Source of the DNA: Octopus bimaculoides
Taxonomy: Eukaryota
Assembly (NCBI RefSeq): GCF_001194135.2
Contig: NC_068982.1
Span: forward strand, 27,750,270 to 27,814,269
DNA: 64,000 bases
Direction of reading: 5' to 3'
In this document: piece after piece, positions 54,401 through 62,656 of the stretch
How the letters are laid out: every line of letters begins with the position of its first letter
How positions within the stretch are numbered: position 1 is the stretch's first letter
The notes under the pieces: model-generated
Seen by the model: only the letters and a program-made list of their open reading frames with translations
The model's database searches: none
Told to the model about the DNA's origin: nothing
Position numbers and translations under genes: made by a program

Positions 54401-55703
54401 GCAAACACACCACCATCGGTTGTCAAGCGATGTTGGGGGGACAAACACAAACATATACACACACATACATATATATGTATGTATATATACAATAGGCTTC
54501 TTTCAGTTTCCGTCTCCCAAATCCACTCACAAGGCTTTGGTTGGCCCGAGGCTATAGTAGAAGACACTTGCCCAAGGTGCCACGCAGTGGGAATGAACCC
54601 AGAACCATGTGGTTGGTAAGCAATCTACTTACCACACAGCCACTCCTGCGCCTGAAGTTTTGAATATTAGTTTCAATTCTCGCTATATTTGTCCAACACC
54701 TATACAAAGCTCACTAAAGAAATGGCTTTTCCAAAACACTATTTTTATTACATTCCATTTTCAATGCAAAAATGAGGAAATTGCAATGTTTGAGAATACT
54801 AAATAAAGCAAATGTTAATTAACATGCAACAGATTTGAAAATTATTTCTAATAATATCAAGTTAAAGATAGCAGAATACTTAATGCAGATACTACATTGC
54901 TTGTTATGAGGATATGCATGATATGCTTACAAAGAACTTCATAACATAACAAGAAAAATACATAACTAATTAAAGTTATTTAATCACAATATTAGACATC
55001 AATTGAAGTAAACCTTGTTGGACGTGAACAGAACCATAAAACAAAGATTCCATGCAGAATCCATAAATAGTGCTATTGTGCTGTGTTAACTACTGTAAAA
55101 ATATCCGGCCAATATTAAATTACAATTGCTCTACACTGTTGCACTGCACATTTCATTTAATGTACCGACAAGAATTAACAATACTTTACAGTAATATTCA
55201 TGAAATTTGGTATCATTGTAATTTACCAATATAATCATTATCAAATTAATGTCTATGTATTAAAGTTGAAAAAGCTACCAAAGACCTACAGCAAAACTTT
55301 AAAAAGCAGACATCAAATTTAATAAGCACAATGTAATCAAACCGAAAAATATAAAGAACTTTAAAATTGGCAGCAATCAGTGGAAATAGGAAATGAAACA
55401 TTGATTTATTGCACATTATAATGCTTTTATAAATAGTAATAAGAAATAATAATGGGTATTTGCATAACTTTCTTACATTATATACAAATTTGAAAATGAA
55501 AGTGAATTTATTTAGACAGAAATATAGATCAAAACCTATTATTACTACTGCAATTGTTCAAACTCATTTAGTGTGTGATAAAGAAATATTAGAAAAAACA
55601 TGATAACTATAGTTTTGAGATTTGATCTACCAACTAAATTAGTATGCTACAGAATTAGCTGTATTAATTAAAATGTCCTCATGAATGATAAACTAGTTTT
55701 TTG

Positions 55704-55737
<34 letters not shown>

Positions 55738-57753
55738 ATTCCTCATGAAAACAGGAAATTAGATGAGACAGTAGACCCTTTTCCCATATTTATTAGCTAG
55801 AAATCAAAATTGATTAATTGATTCCATATACTAAGCATATATACACACTTGGCTTACCCATATTATTTTATCTAAATTCCACTATCTAAAATCTATATCA
55901 AATAACTAGTGATATATATTTGATGGTAACACATCACTTATGAAAATTAAGTGAAGTCAATCTCAACTTTAAACCAATGAAAATGAGCTTATTTGAATTG
56001 AATATTATATATCACAGTATGTCAACCATTTCATACATACAACACACACATACGTGTGTGTGTGCTCTTAAAACTAAAACAAGAAAGTCATTTAAACTTT
56101 TTGAAAAATAATAAAATATTGCGAATAAAAAAAAAATTTTAAACTGGAATTAAAAGATGAAATTAGTTTCATCTTTTAATTTTATTGACTACATCACTCC
56201 CACTCAAATTATTCCCAAATATTTTAAAACTAAATTTATCAATTTAATATCAACCAAAACCATTCTTGCTTCTATTCCAAACAATAGACACTTAATCACA
56301 GAGAAAAATTTGGTTGTACTTAATTCCACGCTTTAAAAGAAGTTATCAGGATAAAAACTGTAAAGAGAAATAAAATCGGCCTAATTCTGAGCTGTCATGG
56401 AATTCTCTAGAACATAGTGACATTCAAAGTGTCAGCATGACCCATAGAAGAATCAGATCAGCTATTTCAATTCCAGAAAGTTTAGATTCTGTCATTTTGT
56501 CCATATTTGTGAGTCAGATTCAATGACAAAAGATTATCTGATAATATAGATTTGGAATTGGCACCTGCTATAAAGAATCAAACTCATATTTTATAAACAA
56601 GGGAAGAGATTTTTTAAATATAATTTGATTAGGCATTATTTAGAAAAATGCATATCAATAATCGATCCAGTATTATCAACACGAAAATAGTTTGAGTATG
56701 CTTATAAAAGAAAGAAAGTGATAATGGTATTATCTGCGTCCAATAGCAGTAAGTTTTGGCCATTGTACCATGGCTGATTTAATAAAATCACCAGGCATTA
56801 AATTATGCTCCAATGTATCATTCTTCACTCATAAAATCAATAATATTATTTAATAGATAAGAACAAATCCTTTTCTGTTTTTAGCCATACATTATATTTT
56901 AGACAATGCTATTATCCAAAATAATACTACCAAAAATATTTCCAATTTTATTCAGTTTAAAAATAGAGTTACTAAGACAAAATGGTCAGGATTCATTTAA
57001 TAAAGTCTTAATATATCACATTCAATAGAAAAGTAAGACAAATTTACTTTTGACTGCATTAAAAATTTCATGATACTCCAGAGAGGCCTGTTTCTCTTGC
57101 CTAATACTACAGAACTCATCACAGTACAACATAGGGGCAGTGTCATCGATTGGACTCAATTGGGCAGCTGGGTTCTGAAGAGCTTTCATTAATTGCTCAG
57201 CATCAGTGTTTTCAATAGCAAGATTGATATTCTTCACGGCAACTTGCTCTGCGATAAAGAATTTCAACAATTTCAACTTTAAAAAAGAAATTTTCTGTTT
57301 GTAATTAACATAAACAAATCCATAAAAAAAAATACACATTACAAAGAATAAAGAAAAAAAGCTTTTATGCATGAATGTATATACAGTCATATTTACATAC
57401 ACATACATGTATAATATACATACATACGTATAAACACACACATTTGCATATACACATACAAAAATATACAGAACTATATATACATAAAGACATTTATATA
57501 TGCACACACTTATAGTGATAGCACTGGAATGGAACTACAAAATGAAATATGGAATATTAATGCATTTAGTCCTCACATCTGGATCTTTTGAAATATATAC
57601 ATACACATATATGTAGCCATATTCATTTGTGTATGTGTTTGTGTATAGAATTGATGCATAAGCATCAAAGAATATACCCACGATAATAACACATTTGCTA
57701 ACAGTTCATTAAACACATTATTATAAACCAGTAAAACCAAATAAGACTGATCT

Positions 57754-57806
<53 letters not shown>

Positions 57807-58649
57807 TGGCAACAGTTTTCTGATTAACGTAACATTTTTGAAAGTGTCTGTATACAGTTTTTAAATTTAATTTAATTTAAATTACTCATGTATCACAATT
57901 ATGTAATTATATATTTGTTATTGTTTATCTCCATGAAACAGCTGCTGAGCACAAATTATGAACTATTTGTGAAGTTCAATGCTTTTCTGCTAAATATATT
58001 GCTCTTAAACATCATTTTAGCTGATTATGTGTATCTAATATAGATTTACTGTGAAGTAAGAATGTACTGGAGATTAACAACTTATTGAGCTCATAATTTT
58101 CGTGGATTTATTCTTTGATCTTTATACATCAATTGCCCCTCTCTGTGTATGTATGTATGTGTATACACACACATCAGTATATAAGTTTACACACATCTTT
58201 ATATATATATCTTTTTATACACATACATTTATATACACATCTAAGTATCTATGCATCTATTTTTATCTATATATATACAAATATGCAACACAACCATAAA
58301 CTCAAAACCCCTAAAAAAAAAAACTTACCTTTACCAGACAGAGTCCCAATGAAGAACAATCACAGAATATTAATGTGTGGTATACAACAAGAAAATCCCC
58401 ATGAACCCTCAAACAAGCTTAACCCTACAAGAACTAGAGTTTCATGTAAACATATAAATATATATGCATACATATTGAGGAACTGTTTTACCACCTGATG
58501 CTCTTGCTGTTGCCAACCCTTTGTAATGGATCCCTTATTGCACATATCTTCAAAGATTCAAAGCTAGCAGATGATTTGTTGACAGGGAGTTTGTTTTGCA
58601 ATAATGTCACTGCTTGAGGCACATTGACTTTCAGAGAAGTGCAAATGTT

Positions 58650-58702
<53 letters not shown>

Positions 58703-59195
58703 GAGAGCCAGCTGTCACTCATGAACAATTATGGCTTGGTAACATGTAACATGCTTTTGCTATTTGCTTAAGGTACCTGTGTAATGTGAGCAGGCATACA
58801 TACATCATGACTTTTCAACCCTTTGACCCAGCAGCACATTCAGGATGTAACAGGAGAGAAGGCTGCATCAGCACTTGGCTGGTACTCATTTTCAAATGAG
58901 TTGACTGCATCAACATGAATGAAGTGCCCTTGCTCAAGAATACAACATGCTATCTGGTACAGTAATTGAAACCACATTATAATTCTGAGCTGAACACTTC
59001 AAATATTAGGCCAAACACTTAAGTATTTATGTACATAATGAGCTTCTTTGTTTCCATGTATGAAATCCACCCATAAGACAGGTCAGTCCAAGGAGAGAGT
59101 GGAAGACACCTGCCGAAGGTGTTACACAAGGAAATTAACCCAAAACCATGTGGTTAGGAAGTACACACAAAATGTGGTTTAAATTTTACGACAGT

Positions 59196-59253
<58 letters not shown>

Positions 59254-62200
59254 GTAAAGAAGAGTAAAGAAGGAATGAAAGAAAATTTATTAAAATTATT
59301 CCAAGAACAATAAATATTTAAAATGGAAATCGTTGATATTTAGATACTTTTGGAAAATGATATTATATACATGTTTAAAGAAAAGTAGTAATGTGCCTGA
59401 ACACTGGATTCTGCCCCATAAGATGGATAGGAATGGAATTTATGGAGGAATAATTGGGCAATAGGTTTACTTTGGGTATTGCTGCTTGTGAGATGCAGTA
59501 GGGCAAGTAGAAAAGGTGTGTATCAGTGGGTAAGTGTTTGGTAGAGCTGAGTACCATAACCATACAGATGGCCACTGGGAGTGGAGGGAAACTAAAGATG
59601 ATTGTTATGACTGATTCAACATCTTTGGGCTATTGGAAGTTGGTGGGTGAAAGAAGTGAAAGTCATGCAGTTGCATATATTCTTGTGTTAAGAGATAGAT
59701 TAAAGCATTTGATAAGGATAGGAACTGGTTTCTGAGAGAACTGTGTAATTGAATGAAGAATTATAAAATTTTACCCGAAAGAAATATATATCTAACAAGT
59801 TTTGTGTAAATATTTCACAATCTATTCTAAAATGCATAAAAGAAAGAAAAAGATCACATACTCTGATATTCTACGTCTGCTTCCTGGTTTGCAAGATTGA
59901 TTGCAGCTTGAACTTCATCTTTATCTAAGAAAACATCGCCACCATTATTGTTCTGTGCAAATAAAATATATCAAGAAGGTATGAAAAACAGTTGTCAAGA
60001 AAAATGTAAAGGATAGATTTTATAAGTTGAGATAATATAAGAGTTGCAGCTAGCAGCAGTTCATTCACGTGTATAAATCCTTGAAGATCAATATCTTTAC
60101 CCGTTGAAAAGATTTTTTTTTGGGGGGGGGGAGAATGAGGTGGGAATTTTCCACCTATTAACAAAGTTTTTTTTTCCTAACAAAAGCAGTTTAGATTGTG
60201 AGGAATTTTTTCTTCTTCTGATTTTATGATATTGAGTGCTGTAATGTTTCAGCTATCAAAACTCTTAAATGTATTTCAACATCATTAGGATGCAATTTGC
60301 AGTGTAATTATTTTTCAGATCATATCCATTATATTAGCAATCACATCTGCATTGAAGGGAGTATAGGTATAATTCTTTTACAGTCCCAGTATTCTGAATA
60401 AGCTATATCGGTAATTTATGCAGTGAATGATCTCTACCAAATCATTTTTTTTTAAATAGAAGAAACCTAAAATTAAAAATGAATGAAGCACCATGTAAGG
60501 CTAAGTACTGTATTACTAACAACATAGTAGAAGTTGAACTCTTATTACTGTCATCATATTGCAGGCATCTAACTGATTGTCCTAGCTTTATTGTTTGAGC
60601 AGTAAATAACCTCCAGCCCTCTGTACACCACAGATGAATGATTTTAAATAAAAAGAGCATCTAGCAGGAAAAACAACTGCTTCAGCAAATAGACTATACC
60701 ACACTTTACAAGCATGTGAAAGTGGTTCTAAAAGTTAATACTTGTTTTATATTTTATGAAATACTATTGAAGACTTGTTGGCATTAATAAATAAGAAACC
60801 TGCAGTAACAGAGCTAAATAACACACACGTAAAATTTCAAATTCTAAAACCTATCATATATATTCAATGATAACACAATAAAGCAATAACTAATCACAAT
60901 CATACACATTCCTTCGAAGCTGGTAGGGTGCATGGCTGCACAGTTGTTGTAATAGTGTGGTACACATCAAAATGTAACCACTCATACTTCACAAACGTGT
61001 TTCATAAGCTGCATGAAAGTTTCAATGCTATGCACTACCTTTGAATTTAAAATGTTTTGGCTCAAAGCATCAAAAGTTGCTCTCTCTGGCAGGGAAAAAC
61101 TAGAAGGAACATTGATTAAAAGTAAATTTTTGCAATTTGTTTTGCGTTTATCAAACCTTCCTCCACACTTCTTATCTTTATGTGAAACTTTAATGAGAAT
61201 TTCCATGTAATGGTACAACTAAAGATTAAAGACAAAATTATTTTACTTTATAAGCAAGACTCCTTACTAATAATGCTGAAAACAGATACAATATCAGATT
61301 TTTTCTTTCCATGAAATACCAACTAATAACTAAATTAAGCATTGACCATACAAATTTCACCTATTTAAATCAAAATGCTACTATTATTTTTATAGGTTCT
61401 ACCATTATTTAACTAAGAAATAAATAATTTAAGTATTCTATAGAATAGACCAGAGAGTAAAATATTGCTTTGCTTTCCAATTTATCATTATAGCATTTTT
61501 ATCATAAGGAACAATGTTGAGAGCTGGTCTACCCATATAAAACTACCATCACTACTTAGATGTTATTACTACTAATAACCCTTTCACTGTGAAATTAAAT
61601 TTCATGATTATTTCAGTAATGATGCTAAACATCATCCAAAAAATATTCTGCAAGTGACATTGCTTCAATAAATTTTACATATTTCAACAGAAAATAATTA
61701 AAAACATAACATTCCCAACAAAAGAAAGACTGATATATAAAACTTTTCTGCATTAAAAGGGTTAATAGCAGATTTAATTTGAGAAAGTTTACATGAAACT
61801 ACTAAAATAAATATTTACTTTTTTCAGTTCAAGTGTGTCTTGCAGACATTTCATATAGAAGTCAATGTTGTTGAGGTTTACATTCTTCAGTGATAGAAAA
61901 CCTGATGTGAGAGCATTAATCAAAGAATCACGATCCATTTTTTGAAGAGCATCATTGATCCAAGTCAATGATGTGTAAACTGAAAAATATCAAAAGAACA
62001 AATCGGGAATTATACATTTTGCTTAAATTTTTTAATATAAACAAATAAATGAAATCCTTAATACTATAATTCTTAGTCTGCTCAACTGCTCATATTCTAG
62101 TCATAAGCTGAACAGTTTTAACTTCAACATACAAGAAAAAAAAATGGATATAGAAATTAGCTTAAATCACTATGATCAATATTGATTGTGTCAATTTCTC

Positions 62201-62637
62201 TTATTTCCTTTCATTGTATCTACTTAACTGATAGCAGAAACTGGATTGTGTGGAAATGTTATTAAGAGCAAGAAATAAAGGGATTCTTGAGTATTAAAGC
62301 TTTAGCATTACTTTGAAAAGTACTAAATCCTTTAATGACTGATAGTTACTTCATGAAGTTTGAAACTTTAATCAACCAAATTTAATCTGTATGAATTATG
62401 ATAATTTTATAATGGAACATGTTTATAGAGAATCTTTCACTCTGATGCATTTTTATTTTTGTACATGTCACATTAATATTTTAAAAAGAAATTTAACAAA
62501 ATAACTTAGTGCATTTCCATAGAAAATATAAGAATTGTTGACTCACCATTGACTTGGTTTATATATCCTTGAATCTCAGCTTGAGTTAAGAGTTCATCAT
62601 AGACATCTGCCTCATATGTACTGTTAGGATCAATGAA
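8847..62637 (-). CDS. IQGAP1: IQGAP-family Ras GTPase-activating-like scaffold protein; 33 exons in window, 5'-incomplete
   Basis: 33 GT-AG exons splice with consistent phases to 4146 nt. The translation is colinear with human IQGAP1 as I recall it, from about DVYEELLTQAEIQG to the terminus DLLQLQYEGVAVM...VNVNLLIFLLNRKFYGR*. Paralog number (IQGAP1/2/3) cannot be resolved for an invertebrate gene. Confidence 0.97.
10001..11466 (-). mobile_element. Decayed full-length mariner (Hsmar1/SETMAR-like transposase) in the last IQGAP intron
   Basis: 31-bp TIRs 10001-10031 and 11436-11466 (29/31 identical) flanked by TA. Motifs WVPHVL, IVTCNEKWIL, LLQDNAQSH and YSPDLAPTDYHIF. N-terminal half has stops and frameshifts; interrupted by a SINE. 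Confidence 0.93.
10559..10779 (+). mobile_element. tRNA-like SINE family A nested in the mariner
   Basis: Head aaggcgataagctggctgaa, B-box-like gagtttaaattcc and A-rich tail; 13-bp TSD tttttgcgattgt (10546-10558) / tttttgggattgt (10780-10792). Confidence 0.85.
11480..11662 (+). mobile_element. Retroposon 3' end with (GAT)n tail (family C, RTE-like tail)
   Basis: ggttggcatgaggaaaggcatccagc...aacccatgccagcatagaagacggatgttaaaagatgatgatga; same family as 52040-52342. Confidence 0.6.
12059..12167 (-). CDS. IQGAP1: IQGAP exon 32 (RasGAP_C)
   Basis: ttacag|(Q)FKNVLFEISNTEKTGVFEVNAKFLGVHMEKVELVFQ|gtaaga; 109 nt, phase 2-0. Confidence 0.95.
12310..12515 (+). mobile_element. SINE family B, 3' half
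   Basis: gcttgacaag...gcagtttggcaaaagagactgat...ggtggtgccccagcatggctgcagtctcatgactgaaacaagtaaaagag. Confidence 0.65.
12596..12832 (+). mobile_element. LINE (CR1/L2-type) ORF2 C-terminal remnant
   Basis: QSFLPRIPAFWNSL resembles the SFxPRxxxxWNxLP motif at the end of CR1/L2-clade ORF2. Confidence 0.5.
13178..13300 (-). CDS. IQGAP1: IQGAP exon 31 (RasGAP_C)
   Basis: ctccag|(N)RKSRSFTLFRKDDNLTTVKYSAAQLYEKGLILEIEDLAVN|gtaagt; 123 nt, phase 2-2. Confidence 0.94.
13349..13358. other. Assembly gap (10 N)
   Basis: Run of N. Confidence 0.99.
14550..14640. repeat. (CA)/(GA)n microsatellite
   Basis: Visible dinucleotide runs. Confidence 0.9.
15068..15234 (-). CDS. IQGAP1: IQGAP exon 30 (RasGAP_C)
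   Basis: ctatag|DIRNQRRYRNTRRQELIRLRSAVKSLHNKRAFYEEQIDYYNLYVKTCLDNMAHKE|gttagt; 167 nt, phase 0-2. Confidence 0.95.
16150..16264 (-). CDS. IQGAP1: IQGAP exon 29
   Basis: ttatag|(R)LPLEMMKGKIKKNLQNLELANLVTRKNKYQDIINSIAR|gtaaaa; 115 nt, phase 2-0. Confidence 0.94.
16621..16748. mobile_element. Tigger/pogo-type MITE (fold-back)
   Basis: tacagtagtacct (16621) / aggtactactgta (16736-16748) are a perfect inverted pair, with inner 29-bp arms matching 28/29. TA-CAGT termini are typical of pogo/Tigger. Extra TIR copies at 16470 and 16541. Confidence 0.7.
17213..17316 (-). CDS. IQGAP1: IQGAP exon 28
   Basis: cttcag|EDIHQALIKKRDMIDKKASNQGKLERQTSLLGDN|gtaagt; 104 nt, phase 0-2. Confidence 0.92.
18548..18635 (-). 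CDS. IQGAP1: IQGAP exon 27
   Basis: ttttag|(R)TKKMIVDVIACQSGETLSQILEVPSTDEQ|gtaagg; 88 nt, phase 2-0. Confidence 0.94.
19190..19334 (-). CDS. IQGAP1: IQGAP exon 26
   Basis: ttttag|(G)AEINAGGEDGLDESVRAQLAKTEITLTLMNKFEVPDDDMSDIKGMMI|gtaatt; 145 nt, phase 1-2. Confidence 0.94.
20247..20349 (-). CDS. IQGAP1: IQGAP exon 25
   Basis: ttgcag|LLLKHQDTISPDHNDPLNELLEDLGECPTVDALL|gtaaga; 103 nt, phase 0-1. Confidence 0.95.
20909..21041 (-). CDS. IQGAP1: IQGAP exon 24 (GRD)
   Basis: tttcag|(K)NFFQMACEVEDLENKFNIDQYTDATMVSKPVIYMSVQEICDTHQ|gttagt; 133 nt, phase 2-0. Confidence 0.95.
21116..21290. mobile_element. piggyBac-type MITE copy
   Basis: Ends tttaaatgctaaagggtta; shared internal gatctagctagtttgaacataaaac with the other copies. 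Confidence 0.7.
21578..21645 (-). CDS. IQGAP1: IQGAP exon 23 (GRD)
   Basis: ttatag|FAGDSSHLSCMNDYIREAHKKF|gtaagt; 68 nt, phase 0-2. Confidence 0.94.
21981..22145 (-). CDS. IQGAP1: IQGAP exon 22 (GRD core, YYR motif)
   Basis: ttgcag|IVGNLIYYRYINSAIVAPDAFDIIDVSANKALSADQRRNLGSIAKILQFAASNKG|gtgaga; 165 nt, phase 0-0. Confidence 0.96.
25645..25729 (-). CDS. IQGAP1: IQGAP exon 21 (GRD)
   Basis: tgttag|(P)YGMRYMAKVLKAALWKKFPLAPEKDVLK|gtatgt; 85 nt, phase 2-0. Confidence 0.95.
27033..27173 (-). CDS. IQGAP1: IQGAP exon 20 (GRD)
   Basis: tttcag|(S)GLAYNVTSEQAMKHSEVKSLIQESIVKLQKATDKFLITITQSLDKI|gtaagt; 141 nt, phase 2-2. Confidence 0.94.
27606..27970 (+). mobile_element. SINE family B head fused to a family C-like tail
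   Basis: gaagtttgcttcccaac...ttcagtcccac...ggcaccatgggcaag...ccatgcaagcatggaagagtggacattaac. Confidence 0.6.
28800..28949 (-). CDS. IQGAP1: IQGAP exon 19 (GRD)
   Basis: ctacag|(R)NPRGQSALRELLHPLIKEVLDDKEFLINTNPVEVYKSWINQTESQTGQA|gtattg; 150 nt, phase 2-2. Confidence 0.95.
29915..29989 (-). CDS. IQGAP1: IQGAP exon 18 (GRD arginine-finger loop)
   Basis: ttttag|(T)SKVDKMSDIVTGNPMIIKMIVGFN|gtaatt; 75 nt, phase 2-2. Confidence 0.95.
30697..30913. other. Assembly gap (217 N) after a (TA)n run
   Basis: Run of N preceded by (TA)n from about 30655. Confidence 0.99.
32642..32810 (-). mobile_element. SINE family A, degenerate copy
   Basis: tttctactttaggtacaaggcctgaaatt...gaaaggatgaaaag...tttgaactcagaat. 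Confidence 0.6.
37723..38021 (-). CDS. IQGAP1: IQGAP exon 17 (start of GRD)
   Basis: ttatag|DVVFHNHKLKKHAERTGAMSRGLKALSKESRGKLDAYQHLFYLLQTNPTYLAKLIFEMPQSKTTKFMESVIFSLFNYGSNAREEFLLLRLFKTALEEEI|gtaagt; 299 nt, phase 0-2. Confidence 0.96.
39399..39577. mobile_element. piggyBac-type MITE, opposite orientation, truncated
   Basis: Begins ttaaccctttagcatttaaa; reverse complement of the other copies. Confidence 0.7.
39799..39920 (-). CDS. IQGAP1: IQGAP exon 16
   Basis: ttttag|(E)LQKLRQQVGSEIRSNQQLENDLNQMDIKIGLLIKNRITLQ|gtaaga; 122 nt, phase 1-0. Confidence 0.96.
39978..40285 (+). mobile_element. SINE family B head with family C-like tail
   Basis: gatgcaggaatggctgtgtgattaagaagtttgcttccc...ccaaagccttgtaagtggatttggtagac. 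Confidence 0.65.
41159..41245 (-). CDS. IQGAP1: IQGAP exon 15
   Basis: ttttag|(V)YDDNPPLSVVRKFVHLLDASDADYAEEL|gtaagt; 87 nt, phase 1-1. Confidence 0.95.
41419..41812 (+). mobile_element. SINE family B, near full length
   Basis: caggcatggctgtgtggttaagtagc...ggttcaatcctactgc...gatggaaactg, (TA)(TG) tract, ...atgactgaaatacataaaag. Confidence 0.75.
42025..42223. repeat. Long inverted repeat (about 94-bp arms, 10-nt loop)
   Basis: Perfect 31-bp core 42056-42086 / 42161-42191 inside longer imperfect arms. Confidence 0.9.
42430..42499 (-). CDS. IQGAP1: IQGAP exon 14 (IQ4)
   Basis: ttcaag|ENSIVKIQAFVRSTLARHDYKSL|gtaagt; 70 nt, phase 0-1. Confidence 0.94.
43454..43525 (-). CDS. IQGAP1: IQGAP exon 13 (IQ3)
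   Basis: aattag|LQALTRMYLTRKRYRERLKYFKDN|gtaagt; 72 nt, phase 0-0. Confidence 0.93.
43797..43880 (-). CDS. IQGAP1: IQGAP exon 12 (IQ2)
   Basis: tttcag|AYWRGSRQRNLYKTRKQYLKQNGPAVLK|gtaaat; 84 nt, phase 0-0. Confidence 0.94.
44252..44422 (-). CDS. IQGAP1: IQGAP exon 11 (IQ1)
   Basis: ttccag|SVLTEIQENYDRELLFKANEGFIILVQALIRGYLVRKSFNDRITYINSQTPAITKIQ|gtaaat; 171 nt, phase 0-0. Confidence 0.95.
45385..46028 (+). mobile_element. Interspersed repeat with (AAT)n tail, probable LINE 3' end
   Basis: GC-richer block ending ctctctcattcaataataat; family not identified; spans an N gap. Confidence 0.45.
45581..45615. other. Assembly gap (35 N) flanked by a 156-bp duplication
   Basis: 45425-45580 reads identical to 45616-45771. 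Confidence 0.95.
46030..46225 (-). mobile_element. SINE family A copy
   Basis: Reverse complement of the 10559-10779 family (gatgaaaggcaaagttgatctcggcagaatttgaactcagaac). Confidence 0.75.
47408..47625 (+). mobile_element. SINE family A copy
   Basis: ctgagttcaagtccaacaaaggtcaactttgcctttcacc...ataaagtaccagtcaagtactgggg. Confidence 0.7.
48044..48186 (-). CDS. IQGAP1: IQGAP exon 10 (WW domain)
   Basis: tactag|(G)ETGTGWMMNRSPEGFKFFYNVITGDYTWVRNDSIIKDYSILTKEEIQ|gtattt; 143 nt, phase 1-0; W...FFYN...W pattern. Confidence 0.94.
48914..49081 (-). CDS. IQGAP1: IQGAP exon 9 (internal repeat)
   Basis: tttcag|(M)SLGIKDINANLNQDSSDVLLQSLQCQPVQLQNLRTSCGNIYMEKLRALRSEKETL|gtaata; 168 nt, phase 1-1. Confidence 0.92.
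49290..49600 (+). mobile_element. RTE-clade LINE ORF2 C-terminal remnant
   Basis: Reads LREKLGVRGIQCSVKKRCLSWYRHVM...VEG, resembling RTE RRLRWFGHV...VEGxRxRGRP. Confidence 0.5.
49854..49944 (-). CDS. IQGAP1: IQGAP exon 8 (internal repeat)
   Basis: tttcag|QSQDEDTLLWLEEIQETIFEANEDEEKAVE|gtatat; 91 nt, phase 0-1. Confidence 0.94.
50138..50301 (-). CDS. IQGAP1: IQGAP exon 7 (internal repeat)
   Basis: tttcag|(R)VCAIGTINDAISNGDEQAVLAALQLPAAQLQNVRDRLAHQYMVMLINKKNKKAL|gtaaat; 164 nt, phase 1-0. Confidence 0.94.
50999..51216. mobile_element. piggyBac-type MITE, full length
   Basis: ttaa-tcttttagca ... aatgctaaaggg-ttaa; TTAA on both sides. Confidence 0.75.
51497..51506. other. Assembly gap (10 N) after a (TA)n run
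   Basis: Run of N. Confidence 0.99.
52040..52342 (+). mobile_element. Family C retroposon with (GAT)n tail, young-looking
   Basis: Three internal gtgcgggYgRcacRtRaaa units, then ggttggcgttaggaagggcatccagc...catgctagcatggaaggcagacgttaaac(gat)n; CpGs retained. Confidence 0.7.
52587..52668 (-). CDS. IQGAP1: IQGAP exon 6 (internal repeat)
   Basis: ttatag|LPCEQLTHHEIVMAVEKVHQQVQQEHE|gtaagt; 82 nt, phase 0-1. Confidence 0.93.
53360..53523 (-). CDS. IQGAP1: IQGAP exon 5 (internal repeat)
   Basis: ttttag|(I)LSAIAAINSAIDRRNSHATFTALSDPNAHIPTLDFELSEKYQNCLVKEKQKKIE|gtgagt; 164 nt, phase 1-0. Confidence 0.93.
53924..54090. mobile_element. piggyBac-type MITE, internally deleted
   Basis: ttaacaatttagcatt...tttaaatgctaaagagctaa. 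Confidence 0.65.
54246..54652 (-). mobile_element. SINE family B, full length, young-looking
   Basis: Minus strand ggcgcaggagtggctgtgtggtaagtag...gggttcattcccactgcgtggcacc...gactgaaacaagtaaaagagtaaaagag; tRNA-like head. Confidence 0.85.
57048..57248 (-). CDS. IQGAP1: IQGAP exon 4 (internal repeat)
   Basis: tcgcag|(K)QVAVKNINLAIENTDAEQLMKALQNPAAQLSPIDDTAPMLYCDEFCSIRQEKQASLEYHEIFNAVK|gtaaat; 201 nt, phase 1-1. Confidence 0.94.
58651..58698. repeat. (CA)n microsatellite
   Basis: Visible run. Confidence 0.95.
59400..59735 (-). mobile_element. Very decayed LINE reverse-transcriptase remnant
   Basis: Minus-strand fragments PILIKCFNLSLNT and GHLYG resemble PxLxxLFNxSL and HQYGFR of CR1/L2-type RT. 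Confidence 0.35.
59862..59952 (-). CDS. IQGAP1: IQGAP exon 3 (internal repeat)
   Basis: gcacag|NNNGGDVFLDKDEVQAAINLANQEADVEYQ|gtatgt; 91 nt, phase 0-1. Confidence 0.92.
61819..61979 (-). CDS. IQGAP1: IQGAP exon 2 (internal repeat)
   Basis: tttcag|(V)YTSLTWINDALQKMDRDSLINALTSGFLSLKNVNLNNIDFYMKCLQDTLELKK|gtaaat; 161 nt, phase 1-0. Confidence 0.92.
62547..62637 (-). CDS. IQGAP1: IQGAP first exon seen in window
   Basis: ttttag|FIDPNSTYEADVYDELLTQAEIQGYINQVN|gtgagt; 91 nt; matches IQGAP DVYEELLTQAEIQGNINKVN. Confidence 0.94.
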
Positions 62638-62656
62638 CTAAAAAAAATGATATAAT

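Noticed and set aside
58488-58718. 76-aa minus ORF considered as a missing IQGAP exon
   Set aside because: Exons 3 and 4 already join colinearly; the ORF includes (GT)n and a degenerate family C motif.
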